Notes under the pieces: generated by a model
Seen by the model: only the letters and a program-made list of their open reading frames with translations
What the model was told of the DNA's origin: nothing
Database searches by the model: none
Made by a program: the position numbers and the translations under genes
Shown here: one piece after another, positions 21,926-31,734 of the stretch
Layout of the letters: each line of letters starts with the position of its first letter
How positions within the stretch are numbered: the stretch's first letter is position 1
DNA from: Patescibacteria group bacterium
GTDB taxonomy: Bacteria > Patescibacteriota > Patescibacteriia > Patescibacteriales > WJLG01
Direction of reading: 5' to 3'
Length of the DNA: 64,000 nt
Assembly (NCBI GenBank): GCA_041652555.1
Contig: JBAZHE010000002.1
Coordinates: forward strand, 13,409 to 77,408

Positions 21926-22651
21926 ATGACAATACATCAATTCTTAAAAGCTCTAAATAGCAGAAAGCGCGTCGTAATACTTTTAACGGCGATTTTTTTG
22001 TCGGCCGCAATTTTAATTTCCGCCATCCAGCCATTTAAATACGGCTCGTCTTTGACGCTTTTGACTGTGCATTCTTTTAAGGAAAATACCGATCCGTATG
22101 TCGCTTCCAAATCAAATGAATATTTGAGCGGACTTTTGGCGCAAATTGTTTATTCCAGCTCGTTTTTTGACAGTGTTATGAATAGTGGTTACAACATTGA
22201 TAAAGACTATTTTTCCGGCAGTGATAAGAATAAAATGAAAAAATGGAGTCAAACGGTTTCCGCTAAAAGTATCGCCGACTCCGGCATGATTTCCATTAAT
22301 GTTTATCACTTCGATCGCAGTCAGGCCGAAGAGATTGCTCGCGCCATCGCTTATACTTTGCAGACTAGCCATACTAGCTATCACGGTTTTGGCAAGAGCG
22401 TGGAAATAAAAATAATTGATAAACCGATTACTTCAACTTTTCCGGTGAAGCCGGATATTTTGCTTAATTTAGCCGTCGGCTTAGCCTTTGGTTTAATATT
22501 TTCTCTGTGTTTTGTATATCTTTTCCCGGAGAATAAAAAAAGAATTAAGAATTATAGAGAGGAGGCTGAAGAAGTAAAAGAAGAAATAGTTGAGCAGAAA
22601 TATAATTATTTAGATTATAATAATCAAGGGAATATTAATAATTTGAGATAA
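21926..22651 (+). CDS. Wzz-like polysaccharide chain-length determinant / co-polymerase-like bitopic membrane protein
   Basis: N-terminal and C-terminal TM helices flank a soluble domain. Located in a glycan biosynthesis locus. Confidence 0.35.
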   Translation: MTIHQFLKALNSRKRVVILLTAIFLSAAILISAIQPFKYGSSLTLLTVHSFKENTDPYVASKSNEYLSGLLAQIVYSSSFFDSVMNSGYNIDKDYFSGSDKNKMKKWSQTVSAKSIADSGMISINVYHFDRSQAEEIARAIAYTLQTSHTSYHGFGKSVEIKIIDKPITSTFPVKPDILLNLAVGLAFGLIFSLCFVYLFPENKKRIKNYREEAEEVKEEIVEQKYNYLDYNNQGNINNLR

Positions 22652-22772
22652 AGAGTTTTGGTCGTCAGGCTCGCTGAGTTGATTTTTTCAAAACAGCTTG
22701 CCCGAAAACCAAAAATGTTTTCTTGTAAATTGACAATTTGATTAACGAAAACAATTTTACTGAGGAGGATGT

Positions 22773-24761
22773 ATGTTTAAGAAGGCACAGTTTTTGTCGT
22801 TTTTAGTGATCATTCTGATTGCTGGCAACGTGTCCGCTGGTACATGGCAGAGTATCTGTGAATTTTTTAAAGGAAAAAAACAGGTACAACCGGTTACAAC
22901 GCAGGATAAAAAAGTTGATCCTTGCGATGGGTGTTATTACGGCAATGTCGTGGTTTTGAAACCAGGAGAATCCATTATGGACTTTGTTGTTAAACATAGT
23001 AATTGCTCGGACATTCCGGGTATTGCTATTATGGCAAAATTCAATGGGATTTCCGATGCGGTTTCTCCGATGACAGAATACAGAAATGTTAGAATTCCTA
23101 CATTAAAACAGGCTGACTCAATAAGAAATATTTTGGAATTCAAACAGTCACCAAAAAAACCGAAAATAGTTTCTGATGAGCCCAAGCCGATTATAAAGAA
23201 ACCTCAACCAACAGTCCAAGAGACTAAAAAAGTTCAGCAAGTAGGCCCTTTTCATTGGAAACATCCCGGAGCTGATCCGACTATTTATAATTCTCCGGAG
23301 CAGGTGTGGGTAAAAATGAGTTTTTCTAAAAAAGAGGGAGTTCTTGATTCTCTTCAGGCAAAAGTTGAAAGAGGAGATTGTATTCTTAACTATAAAAGTT
23401 ATAAAGGCGAAGGCTGGATAGAAATGTCCGGTGGCCGTGAAATAGATATTTATGGAAAGGATGGCCGAGGGGTCTTGAATGATTTCACAAATCTGGAATA
23501 TATCGAAGGGACAATGTATGAGGTTGATTATTCACCAACTCAAATAGCCCAAATATTCAAAGCTAATAACTGCGATAACTGGTGCTGGAGATTAGTGGAT
23601 CGTCCAATTGAGCCTCCGTGCGATACGGTTCGTGCTCCTGACACAGTTCGTGTTCATGACACAACTAAGGTTGTTGAGAAAGTCCCTCAGTATGTTGTGC
23701 CATCTGTCCCGGTTGCTCCGCCGAAAGATGAGAGAGGAATTTATGGTGAATGTTTCCTATGGACAGGGTATTACGCCCCGTTGCCGGTGATACATCACGG
23801 TCATTTCTATCTTGGTGGAATCGGTAATGTCTTTGCGCCCATCGGGAAATTTTCCGGTCTTGGTTTGAGCCTTAAGGCCAACGGCTATGCCGGTTGGAGC
23901 CCGAGGTTTTACGACAAGAAAGGAAATCCATTTTTTGGTGATTATGCCGGCGCTTTAGTTGGTATCGGTCCGATACTTGATCTGCAAAGCAGGAGTAAAA
24001 ACTTGAATAGCGGTATCAATACCAGAACAACCTTTGCTGGTAGAGTTTATTGGCAACATGATTGGTATCAGAACCAACATGATAAGTATTGGAATCGTCA
24101 AGGACCAAGGTCTTTTGCTCCGCAGTCGTTCGGGCCGGAGGTTACTTCCTATATAGCTAATTCTAATTGGACCAAGTGGGTTCAAGGATGGATTGGCTAC
24201 AGACAAGACGTAGCTTTTGTTAACGGCAATCTCTGGTATGTTTATAGAGAGGCTCATCTTAATGGTGAGAAACGAGCCCTGCAGGATGAACCGCCATGTA
24301 ATAAGACGGTGATTGACTGGGGCGTGGGGGTATTTCCCTGGCCGGTTTTCAAGGGAAGTTCAACTCTTGGAATTCAACATAAGGGTGACCATATGTTGGA
24401 AGATAATCGTTGGGAATTTTCTCTTGGATTTAGTTTAAGAGTCAAGAAGTTTTTCTTCGGCGCTGGTGTTAAAGAAACGATTGAATCTGTGTATAAAAAC
24501 CAGAATGGAAGATCAATTTATCTTTCAATTGACTTTGATCCGACGCCAAGAAACCAGCAAAAAAAAGTTATAGTTCAAGAATCCGCTCCTATTACCGAGG
24601 AGTTGCATGTTGATGAAAATCGTTATGTTGCCCCAGAACCAGAAGCGGATTCAGATGATGATCCATTTAGAGATTTAATCGATGATCCGAATTCTGGTAA
24701 TCAAAATCAGGAAAATTCAGCGGATTCAAATTACGTTCCGAGTATTCCATTTCAACGGTAG
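22773..24761 (+). CDS. large secreted hypothetical protein (signal peptide, possible degenerate LysM-like segment, aromatic/Gly-rich central domain, acidic C-terminus)
   Basis: Signal peptide MFKKAQFLSFLVIILIAGNVSAGTW. Perfect SD GAGGAGG 6 nt upstream. GC content visibly higher than the neighbouring genes. Confidence 0.5.
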   Translation: MFKKAQFLSFLVIILIAGNVSAGTWQSICEFFKGKKQVQPVTTQDKKVDPCDGCYYGNVVVLKPGESIMDFVVKHSNCSDIPGIAIMAKFNGISDAVSPMTEYRNVRIPTLKQADSIRNILEFKQSPKKPKIVSDEPKPIIKKPQPTVQETKKVQQVGPFHWKHPGADPTIYNSPEQVWVKMSFSKKEGVLDSLQAKVERGDCILNYKSYKGEGWIEMSGGREIDIYGKDGRGVLNDFTNLEYIEGTMYEVDYSPTQIAQIFKANNCDNWCWRLVDRPIEPPCDTVRAPDTVRVHDTTKVVEKVPQYVVPSVPVAPPKDERGIYGECFLWTGYYAPLPVIHHGHFYLGGIGNVFAPIGKFSGLGLSLKANGYAGWSPRFYDKKGNPFFGDYAGALVGIGPILDLQSRSKNLNSGINTRTTFAGRVYWQHDWYQNQHDKYWNRQGPRSFAPQSFGPEVTSYIANSNWTKWVQGWIGYRQDVAFVNGNLWYVYREAHLNGEKRALQDEPPCNKTVIDWGVGVFPWPVFKGSSTLGIQHKGDHMLEDNRWEFSLGFSLRVKKFFFGAGVKETIESVYKNQNGRSIYLSIDFDPTPRNQQKKVIVQESAPITEELHVDENRYVAPEPEADSDDDPFRDLIDDPNSGNQNQENSADSNYVPSIPFQR

Positions 24762-24798
24762 TTGTATTTTTTCATTTTTTAACTAATGAGGAGGAACC

Positions 24799-25200
24799 AT
24801 GAAACGGTTCAAATCAATTCTTGCAGTTGCAGTGTTTTCGGTGATTTTCACATCACTGTCCGCCTTTTCTTTCACCCCTCCGAACGGCAATTGTGTCGGT
24901 GCCAGTACCAGTGGAACGGCTTGGATATGCACCGAAGCAATCGCGGCCGCCAATAACGATCCGGTCGTAGCGGTTATGATTGGTCCCGACAACTGGTATT
25001 CAGCTTCCCTAAGCGGTCGTTGCTACGTTGCCAATTGCGGGTCAAAGCTTATTGCCGGAGAAGTAATCACTCTGTGTTTTCAGACAAAAAGCGGAAAGTA
25101 TATCCCGTTCTGTCTGCAGGCCAGGTTTAAATTTACCGGTGCCGAAGTGATAAGCAATGGTATCGGCGGAGAGAACATTAGATTAAAAGTTTCTCCGTAA
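24799..25200 (+). CDS. small secreted cysteine-rich protein (133 aa, 8 Cys)
   Basis: Signal peptide MKRFKSILAVAVFSVIFTSLSAFS. Perfect SD AGGAGG. Followed by a hairpin and T-run. Confidence 0.5.
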   Translation: MKRFKSILAVAVFSVIFTSLSAFSFTPPNGNCVGASTSGTAWICTEAIAAANNDPVVAVMIGPDNWYSASLSGRCYVANCGSKLIAGEVITLCFQTKSGKYIPFCLQARFKFTGAEVISNGIGGENIRLKVSP

Positions 25201-25295
25201 GTTCGTTCTTTAATGGGGTGTCTGGCTAAAACCGGCACCCTAATTTTTTTACAAATAAACTTTTTATATATATAATTTTGTGTTAATATAAGCTT

Positions 25296-26702
25296 ATGAA
25301 GGCTTTAGTTAAAAATAATAATCAAATAGAAAATAGTATTAAAACCGGCTGGTGGTTCGGTTTTTTTTGGCTGGCAATTTTTATTATTGCTATTTCTGTT
25401 TTAGCTTTGAATTTTGATATTCTCCGTTTAGCCTTGCCTTTTGTTTTTTTCTTGATTTTTTTAGTAATTCCCGAAGAATATGGATTATATGTTTTAGCAT
25501 TCTTTTTACCAACAATAAATTGGAATTTTTATTATCACGGCTTGGAAATTCCTTTAATTGATCTCTTGGGACTGGCGATTTTTTCCGCTTTTGCTTTAAA
25601 AAAAGTTTATGCTAGGTTTTTTGACCGAAAAAATTTTAATCTTCGTTTGCCTCTTTTTATTCTTTTTTTACCGTTTTTAGCGGTTACTTTGATTTCAGTT
25701 TTTTCTACTGCCATTCCTAAAGATAGCTTGTGGTATATTCTGCGTTGGATTTTATTTTTTTATTTTGTTTATTTAGTTCTACCGGTTAATATTGTTAAAC
25801 GCTCCGATGTTCTAAAAAATTCTATAGCTTGTTTGGTTTTTGGCGGCATGATTGTTGCTATTGGAGGATTTTTGACAATTTTTTCTCAAGACTGGAATTA
25901 TGAATTTGTCGGAATAATGCCGTTTAGTCTTTTTGGTTTTTTCCCTTTGGGCTCTAATCATAATTTAATAGCAGAAACGCTAGTTGTTTCAGTGGCATTC
26001 ACTCAATCTCTTAAATACTGGTTAACATCTCTGCGCACCCGCCGTTTTTTAGATGTTTTAACCGTCTTTCAATTCTTGGTGGCTATCGGAACTTTTTCTC
26101 GTGCTGTCTGGATTGCTTTTGGAGTAATGATTATTATATGTTTAATTGTTTATCGCCGGCGCATTAGTCGTACGGCTTGGGTAGGATTGTTTTTGATTTC
26201 GCTATTGGCTTCACCGATTTTTTTGTATATGTATAAATTACAGAGTGAATATTCAATCGGTGGAAGTTCTACGGAAAACAGATTAATAATGACAGAGATT
26301 GCTTGGGATAATTTTTTAGATAAACCGTTGTTTGGCCAGGGGAGCGGAACATTTATTAATTTTATTGGTGATAGTATAAGATTTACCGCTAAATATGGCG
26401 CTCCACTTGATTCTCACGGTGTTTGGCAGAAAATGATATTAGAGAATGGCTTATTCGGAGTTTTTACTTTTGCGTTAATTATTGGCGGGATGTTTATATT
26501 CTTTGCCAGAGCTTGGGTGAAATATGGCGCTCGTTATCCTTGGTTTCCGCCATTAATATTAGGAGTAGTTGGGATAATGGTGATGGAATTTTTTAATACT
26601 TCTTATTATAAAGGAAAACTTTGGTTGCCGGTGGCTTTTTGTTTGGTCGCTATAAATATTATAAGAATGAAAGAAAAACAAAGAAAATATGCTAAAAAAT
26701 AA
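25296..26702 (+). CDS. O-antigen ligase / Wzy-like polymerase family membrane protein (second paralog in the window)
   Basis: About 12 TM helices. FSRAVWIAFG ... ENRLIMTEIAWDNFLDKPLFGQGSGTF resembles the Wzy_C domain of the first ORF. Confidence 0.6.
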   Translation: MKALVKNNNQIENSIKTGWWFGFFWLAIFIIAISVLALNFDILRLALPFVFFLIFLVIPEEYGLYVLAFFLPTINWNFYYHGLEIPLIDLLGLAIFSAFALKKVYARFFDRKNFNLRLPLFILFLPFLAVTLISVFSTAIPKDSLWYILRWILFFYFVYLVLPVNIVKRSDVLKNSIACLVFGGMIVAIGGFLTIFSQDWNYEFVGIMPFSLFGFFPLGSNHNLIAETLVVSVAFTQSLKYWLTSLRTRRFLDVLTVFQFLVAIGTFSRAVWIAFGVMIIICLIVYRRRISRTAWVGLFLISLLASPIFLYMYKLQSEYSIGGSSTENRLIMTEIAWDNFLDKPLFGQGSGTFINFIGDSIRFTAKYGAPLDSHGVWQKMILENGLFGVFTFALIIGGMFIFFARAWVKYGARYPWFPPLILGVVGIMVMEFFNTSYYKGKLWLPVAFCLVAINIIRMKEKQRKYAKK

Positions 26703-27777
26703 AATAATTCATATCATTCCGACTTTGTCTGGCGGTGGCGCCGAAAGACTGGTTATTGATTTGGCAGAATTTATTGATAAAGATAAATTTGAAGTTTCAA
26801 TTATTTGCCTGAAAAAGGGCGGAGTTTTAGAGACTGAATTAAAAGAAAAAAATATTCCTTGTTATTTTATCAGTAATGGAAAATGGCCGTTGTTTTTATC
26901 ATTTTTTAAACTAGTAGTGGTTATAAAAAAAATTTCTCCGAATATTGTGCATACGCATCTTTTTGGTGGTGATTTTTATGGTTGTTTAGCGACGCGTCTA
27001 GCCGGTGTAAAAAATATTATTTCTACTGAGCATAATCTTAATTTTTCTGAAGGATTTTTGAAACTTTTTTTGAAAAGATTAACCGCTGGTTTAATTAAAG
27101 AGATTGTTGTGGTTTCGGAGTCTGTTAAAAAATATTTAATAGAAAAAGGTGGAATAAAAAAAGAAAAAATTACCGTTATTTACAATGGTGTAAAAGTTGA
27201 TAAATTTTTAAAGTCAGAAAAAAATTATTCTTGTCAAGATAGAGAATTTGTTATCGGATCAGTCGGGCGATTAGAAAAGCAAAAGGGCTACGACATTTTA
27301 TTAGAAGCTGTTTCTAGAATTAAAGAGCTAATAAAATGTTTGATTGCCGGTGATGGCAGTGAAAAAGAAAGTCTAGAAAAAAAAATTAAAGAGCTCGGTC
27401 TGAATAATAGAGTGCAACTACTTGGTTGGCAAAAAAATGTTTCTGGTTTTTTGAATGATTTGGATGTTTTTGTTTTGCCGTCCCGCTGGGAAGGTTTTGG
27501 TATTGTTGTTTTAGAGGCTGGTTTGGCTGGTTTGCCGGTGATTGGCAGTCGAGTCGATGGTATTGAGGAAATAATTAAAGACGGCGAAAATGGGCTGTTG
27601 TTTGATTCTGAAAATGTTGATGATTTGGCGGCTAAAATTTTGGATTTAAAAAATAACGAGACAGAACGGGCGCGGCTGGGAAAAAATATTCAGAAAAAAA
27701 TCGTGAAAAATTTTGATATTAGAAAAATTGTCAAAGAGTATGAGAAATTATATTTTAGTATGATTAATAAAATATGA
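26689..27777 (+). CDS. glycosyltransferase family 4
   Basis: GT4 C-terminal motif EGFGIVVLEAGLAGLPVIGSRVDGIEEIIKDGENGLL. Confidence 0.75.
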   Translation: MLKNKIIHIIPTLSGGGAERLVIDLAEFIDKDKFEVSIICLKKGGVLETELKEKNIPCYFISNGKWPLFLSFFKLVVVIKKISPNIVHTHLFGGDFYGCLATRLAGVKNIISTEHNLNFSEGFLKLFLKRLTAGLIKEIVVVSESVKKYLIEKGGIKKEKITVIYNGVKVDKFLKSEKNYSCQDREFVIGSVGRLEKQKGYDILLEAVSRIKELIKCLIAGDGSEKESLEKKIKELGLNNRVQLLGWQKNVSGFLNDLDVFVLPSRWEGFGIVVLEAGLAGLPVIGSRVDGIEEIIKDGENGLLFDSENVDDLAAKILDLKNNETERARLGKNIQKKIVKNFDIRKIVKEYEKLYFSMINKI

Positions 27778-28991
27778 AAATCCTTCTCATAAATAATTAT
27801 CATTTTTTACGTGATGGTGCTGCTCGCGCTTATTTTAGCATGGCTGAAATTTTGGAAGACCATGGCCATGAAGTCGCTTTTTTTTCTACTAAAAATGATA
27901 AAAATATTCCAACCAAATGGGATAAATATTTTGTTAATGCACCAGATTTTTCTAATCCGTCTCTAGGATTTTTTGATAAGATAAAAATTATTGGCAATAT
28001 TTTTTATAATTGGCAGGCTAAAAATAATTTAAAAAAAATAATTAAAGAATTTAAGCCGGATATTGCGCATTTACATAATATTTACCATCATATTTCCCCA
28101 TCTATTATTAGTGTTTTGAAAAAAAATAAAATTAAGATGGCAATGACTTTGCATGATTATAAATTGGTCTGCCCGAATTATAATTTGTTTATTCGCGGAA
28201 AAATTTGGGAGGGGAGCGGACCTGATAAATATTGGCGTTGTGTTACTGATAAGTGTGTTAAAAATTCTTATTTAAAAAGTTTAGTTTGTACGGGCGAGGC
28301 TTATTGGCACAAAGCTTTAGGGGTTTACAAAAAAATTGATGGTTTTATTTCCCCTAGTTATTTTTTGATAAAAAAATTTAAAGAATTTGGATTTAAAGAA
28401 AAAATTAATTATTTACCAAATCCTTTTATTTGGGAAAAGAAAAATTTTTCCGCAGAAATGTCGGAGAAGTATATTTTGTATTATGGACGTTTGAGTGAGG
28501 AGAAAGGAGTTGGCGATTTGCTTGCGGCCCATGCTAAGCTTCCTGAAAAATTAAAATTAAAAATTGTTGGCGCTGGACCACTTGCCGATAGTTTAAAATT
28601 AGAGGTAGCCAGAAAAAAAATTCTTGGTGTAGATTTTTTAGGACACCTGGAAAATGAGTCATTGCAAAAAATTATCGCCAGAGCGGAGTTTGTTGTCGTG
28701 CCTTCGCGCTGGTATGAGAACGCTCCTTATTCTGTTATTGAATCTTTGGCGCTCGGGAAAATAGTTCTTGCTTCTCGCCTTGGAGGTTTGGTAGAGTTAA
28801 TTAAAGATGGTCAGAACGGTTTTTCTTTTGAGGCTGGAAACATTAATGATTTGGTTTCTAAGATGAGATATCTAATAGATCATCCAGAGTTAAAAGAAAA
28901 AATTAAGCCGGTGGCGATTGCTTCTGTAGAAATTAACTCGCCAGTGGAATATTATTTAAGATTAATGGAAATTTATAAAAAAATTATTTAA
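27774..28991 (+). CDS. glycosyltransferase family 4
   Basis: ENAPYSVIESLALGKIVLASRLGGLVELIKDGQNGFSFE GT4 motif. Overlaps the upstream GT4 by 4 nt. Confidence 0.7.
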   Translation: MKILLINNYHFLRDGAARAYFSMAEILEDHGHEVAFFSTKNDKNIPTKWDKYFVNAPDFSNPSLGFFDKIKIIGNIFYNWQAKNNLKKIIKEFKPDIAHLHNIYHHISPSIISVLKKNKIKMAMTLHDYKLVCPNYNLFIRGKIWEGSGPDKYWRCVTDKCVKNSYLKSLVCTGEAYWHKALGVYKKIDGFISPSYFLIKKFKEFGFKEKINYLPNPFIWEKKNFSAEMSEKYILYYGRLSEEKGVGDLLAAHAKLPEKLKLKIVGAGPLADSLKLEVARKKILGVDFLGHLENESLQKIIARAEFVVVPSRWYENAPYSVIESLALGKIVLASRLGGLVELIKDGQNGFSFEAGNINDLVSKMRYLIDHPELKEKIKPVAIASVEINSPVEYYLRLMEIYKKII

Positions 28992-28996
28992 AATTA

Positions 28997-29089
28997 GCCC
29001 CCTCTAGAAACCTGCCTGCCGGTAGGCAGAGAGAGTGTGGTCGGACCCAACGGGTCGCCCTTGGCGTACCCCGAGACGGAGTGTGTTGT
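28997..29089 (+). repeat. GC-rich palindromic element, copy A (CCCCTCT ... nested hairpins ... CCGAGACGGAGTGTGTTGTT)
   Basis: Roughly 60% GC in an approx 35% GC genome. Shares 5' CCCCTCT and 3' GACGGRGTGTGTT with copies at 30502-30545 (inverted) and 51552-51603. Confidence 0.5.
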
Positions 29090-29211
29090 TATATTTTGGC
29101 TTATAATGGCCATTTTTTTGTATAAACAAATAGTTGGTAAAACTATTGACAGTTGTTTGATTTTGTGCTAACATAACATGATAATTTAAAAAAATTAAAT
29201 ATCTAAAAAAT

Positions 29212-30489
29212 ATGAAGAAAATCATTGTTATTGCGATTACGCTTTGTGTATTGGGCGCTTCTTTTTATCTATTGAAGCCTGAACCGACACAGAGTAAAAA
29301 TAAGCCGTATTATTCCGGCGAAGCTGTTAATTTTAACGGCAAAATATTCATCGGCTCCACTAATAGTGGAAAGTTTGAGCTTTTTGCTTTGGAGAATGGA
29401 AGCATTATTAGAAAGACTAATGTTGCTTCTAATGATCAAGAGAGTAAGGAGTTCTATGATTTGCTTTTTGAAAAAGCCGGCGGAAAACTCTTTGTTTATT
29501 TAGTTAATGGTCGCTATTTATATAAATATGACATTACTAATCCGATTGTTCCGATTGTAGTTTTGAAAATCAAGGACAATTCTTGGGATTGGTTTACTCG
29601 CCTAGATAAAGTTAACGGAAAATTAATTACCATTGGTTCAAAAGGAACAAAGATTTGGAATAATGATTTCCAGGTTATTGATTCTTATGCCATGATTAAT
29701 AATAGTGTTTTAGGTTCAGTAATTTTTGACAGCCAAATGACTTTTGTTTTGAATACTAAATTAAATGTTTATAACACTGTTTCTAGAGAAAAAGTTTCTG
29801 AATATTCCATCGCGGTTAACGATAAGCAGGCCACTCGTGGTTTGATTAGTAATTCTGACGACAAACTTGTTTATTTTGTTGATGATAAATCTCTTAAAGC
29901 TGTTGATGTTGCTGGTAATGTTAAAAAAGAATTTAAGCATACTTCAACTGTCGGCTATGATGTCGCTTTCTCTGTTGTTAATCCGGATTATATTTATTTT
30001 TCTGACGGCATTGGTATTGTGAAAATTGATAAAAATACTTTTACGCCGGTTGATTGGACTTACACTACTAGAAATACTCCGGCCGGTTCCTGGGCTATGG
30101 GTTTAAAAACCGTTAACGACGGTACCTCTGAAAAAATTGTTATTTTTAACGGTTCTAATATTTTAGTAGTTGATAAAAATTTAGATAATGTTGCTTTTTA
30201 TGAATCAATAGAAGAGGACACTCGCCCGGTTGAAAATCTCTTTTTGAATGTTGATAAGAATCGTGGTGCAGCCGGCGCACAGGTTTCTGTTGTTGGCGGT
30301 GGATTTGGACTAGGCGAAGAATTGACTGTTGAATTTTCTAAAATAAAACAGACAACTATTACTGCTGATCAAAACGGACGTTTTCAAATTGTTTTGACTG
30401 TTCCTAGTGTTTTGCCTGGTATGACTGATATTAAAGCCACTGGCAAGACCACTAAGAAAACTTACAGCACATCATTTAAGATTGAGTAA
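29212..30489 (+). CDS. secreted hypothetical protein with beta-propeller-like region and C-terminal Ig-like (Big/IPT-like) domain
   Basis: Signal peptide MKKIIVIAITLCVLGASFYLL. C-terminal GAQVSVVGGGFGLGEELTVEF ... ITADQNGRFQIVLTVP. Flanked by inverted copies of the GC-rich element. Confidence 0.5.
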   Translation: MKKIIVIAITLCVLGASFYLLKPEPTQSKNKPYYSGEAVNFNGKIFIGSTNSGKFELFALENGSIIRKTNVASNDQESKEFYDLLFEKAGGKLFVYLVNGRYLYKYDITNPIVPIVVLKIKDNSWDWFTRLDKVNGKLITIGSKGTKIWNNDFQVIDSYAMINNSVLGSVIFDSQMTFVLNTKLNVYNTVSREKVSEYSIAVNDKQATRGLISNSDDKLVYFVDDKSLKAVDVAGNVKKEFKHTSTVGYDVAFSVVNPDYIYFSDGIGIVKIDKNTFTPVDWTYTTRNTPAGSWAMGLKTVNDGTSEKIVIFNGSNILVVDKNLDNVAFYESIEEDTRPVENLFLNVDKNRGAAGAQVSVVGGGFGLGEELTVEFSKIKQTTITADQNGRFQIVLTVPSVLPGMTDIKATGKTTKKTYSTSFKIE

Positions 30490-30501
30490 TCATTTTGAAA
30501 T

Positions 30502-30545
30502 AACACACCCCGTCTCGGGTACGAGACACCCCTATCAAGAGGGGG
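30502..30545 (-). repeat. GC-rich palindromic element, copy B (inverted relative to copy A)
   Basis: Minus strand reads TCCCCCTCTTGATAGGGG-TGTCTCGTACCCGAGAC-GGGGTGTGTT. Confidence 0.5.
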
Positions 30546-30555
30546 ATTATAATAT

Positions 30556-31734
30556 ATGAGAATAGCGATTATCGGACAAAAAGGAATACCGGCCAAGTCT
30601 GGTGGCGTGGAAAAACACGTTGAGGACTTAGCTGTGCGCTTAGTGGCTTTGGGCCATGAGGTTTTGGTGTATGCGCGTCCTAATTATACCGATAAGAGTT
30701 TGCAAGAATATAAAGGTGTAAAAATAATTTCTTTGCCAAGTATTTCCACTAAGAATTTGGATGCGATAACACATACTTTTCGCGCCTGTTTGGATTTGGT
30801 TAAAAGAGATGTTGATGTAATCCATTTTCATTCTATCGGCCCATCATCCTTAATTTGGTTGGTCAAGCTTTTGAAACCAAGAACTCCGATTATCGCCACT
30901 GTCCATTGCCCTGATTATCGCCATCAGAAATGGGGGATTTTCGCTAAACTATATTTGAAATTCGGTGAAGTAGTCGCTTGCACTATGGCTGACAAAACAA
31001 TCGCTGTTTCTAAGATTCTGCGCGATTATGCAGTGAAAAATTATAACAGTAAAGTTGAATATATTCCCAGTGGCGTTTCTATTATGAATGGTGAAGCTAA
31101 TGAAAAGATGTTGAAAAATTTTAATTTAAAAAAAGATGGTTATGTTTTAGCTGTGAGCCGTTTAGTAAAACATAAAGGCTTACAATATTTAGTAAAAGCT
31201 TTTGAAAATATAAAAACTGATAAAAAATTAGTGATTGTAGGCGCAAGCGCACACACCGATAAGTTTGTTAGTGAATTAAAAGCTTTGACTCAAAATGATA
31301 AGAGAATGATTTTTACCGGCGAACAGACTGGAGAAACTTTGAATGAACTTTTTGCTAATTGCTATATGTTTGTTCAACCTTCTGAATCCGAAGGCTTGTC
31401 TATCGCTTTATTGGAAGCGATGGCGCACGGCAAGACTGCTTTGGTTTCTGATATTGCAGAAAATCAAGAAGCTATCGGCCATACCGGTTTTACTTTTAAG
31501 AATAAAAACTCTGCTGATTTATTGGGTAAATTAAATTGCTTATTGAGAAATTCGGAGATTGTTAAAGAAACAGGCATACGTGCTCGTGAGCGTGTTTTGA
31601 AAGATTATAATTGGAATGAAATTATTGATAAAGTAATTAACGTTTACGGTGAAGTTGTTTTACAGAAAAAAAAATCTTTCCGCAAATTAGCGAAACTAAA
31701 TTTTGCCGGAAGATTTTTGAATTTGTTTTTCTAA
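30556..31734 (+). CDS. glycosyltransferase family 4
   Basis: N-terminal MRIAIIGQKGIPAKSGGVEKHVEDL and C-terminal ESEGLSIALLEAMAHGKTALVSDIAENQE motifs. Confidence 0.75.
   Translation: MRIAIIGQKGIPAKSGGVEKHVEDLAVRLVALGHEVLVYARPNYTDKSLQEYKGVKIISLPSISTKNLDAITHTFRACLDLVKRDVDVIHFHSIGPSSLIWLVKLLKPRTPIIATVHCPDYRHQKWGIFAKLYLKFGEVVACTMADKTIAVSKILRDYAVKNYNSKVEYIPSGVSIMNGEANEKMLKNFNLKKDGYVLAVSRLVKHKGLQYLVKAFENIKTDKKLVIVGASAHTDKFVSELKALTQNDKRMIFTGEQTGETLNELFANCYMFVQPSESEGLSIALLEAMAHGKTALVSDIAENQEAIGHTGFTFKNKNSADLLGKLNCLLRNSEIVKETGIRARERVLKDYNWNEIIDKVINVYGEVVLQKKKSFRKLAKLNFAGRFLNLFF

Noticed and set aside
30548-30553. TATAAT hexamer at the edge of element B, considered as a promoter for the downstream GT4 gene
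   Set aside because: It lies only 2 nt before the start codon, leaving no room for a transcription start and leader; probably fortuitous.
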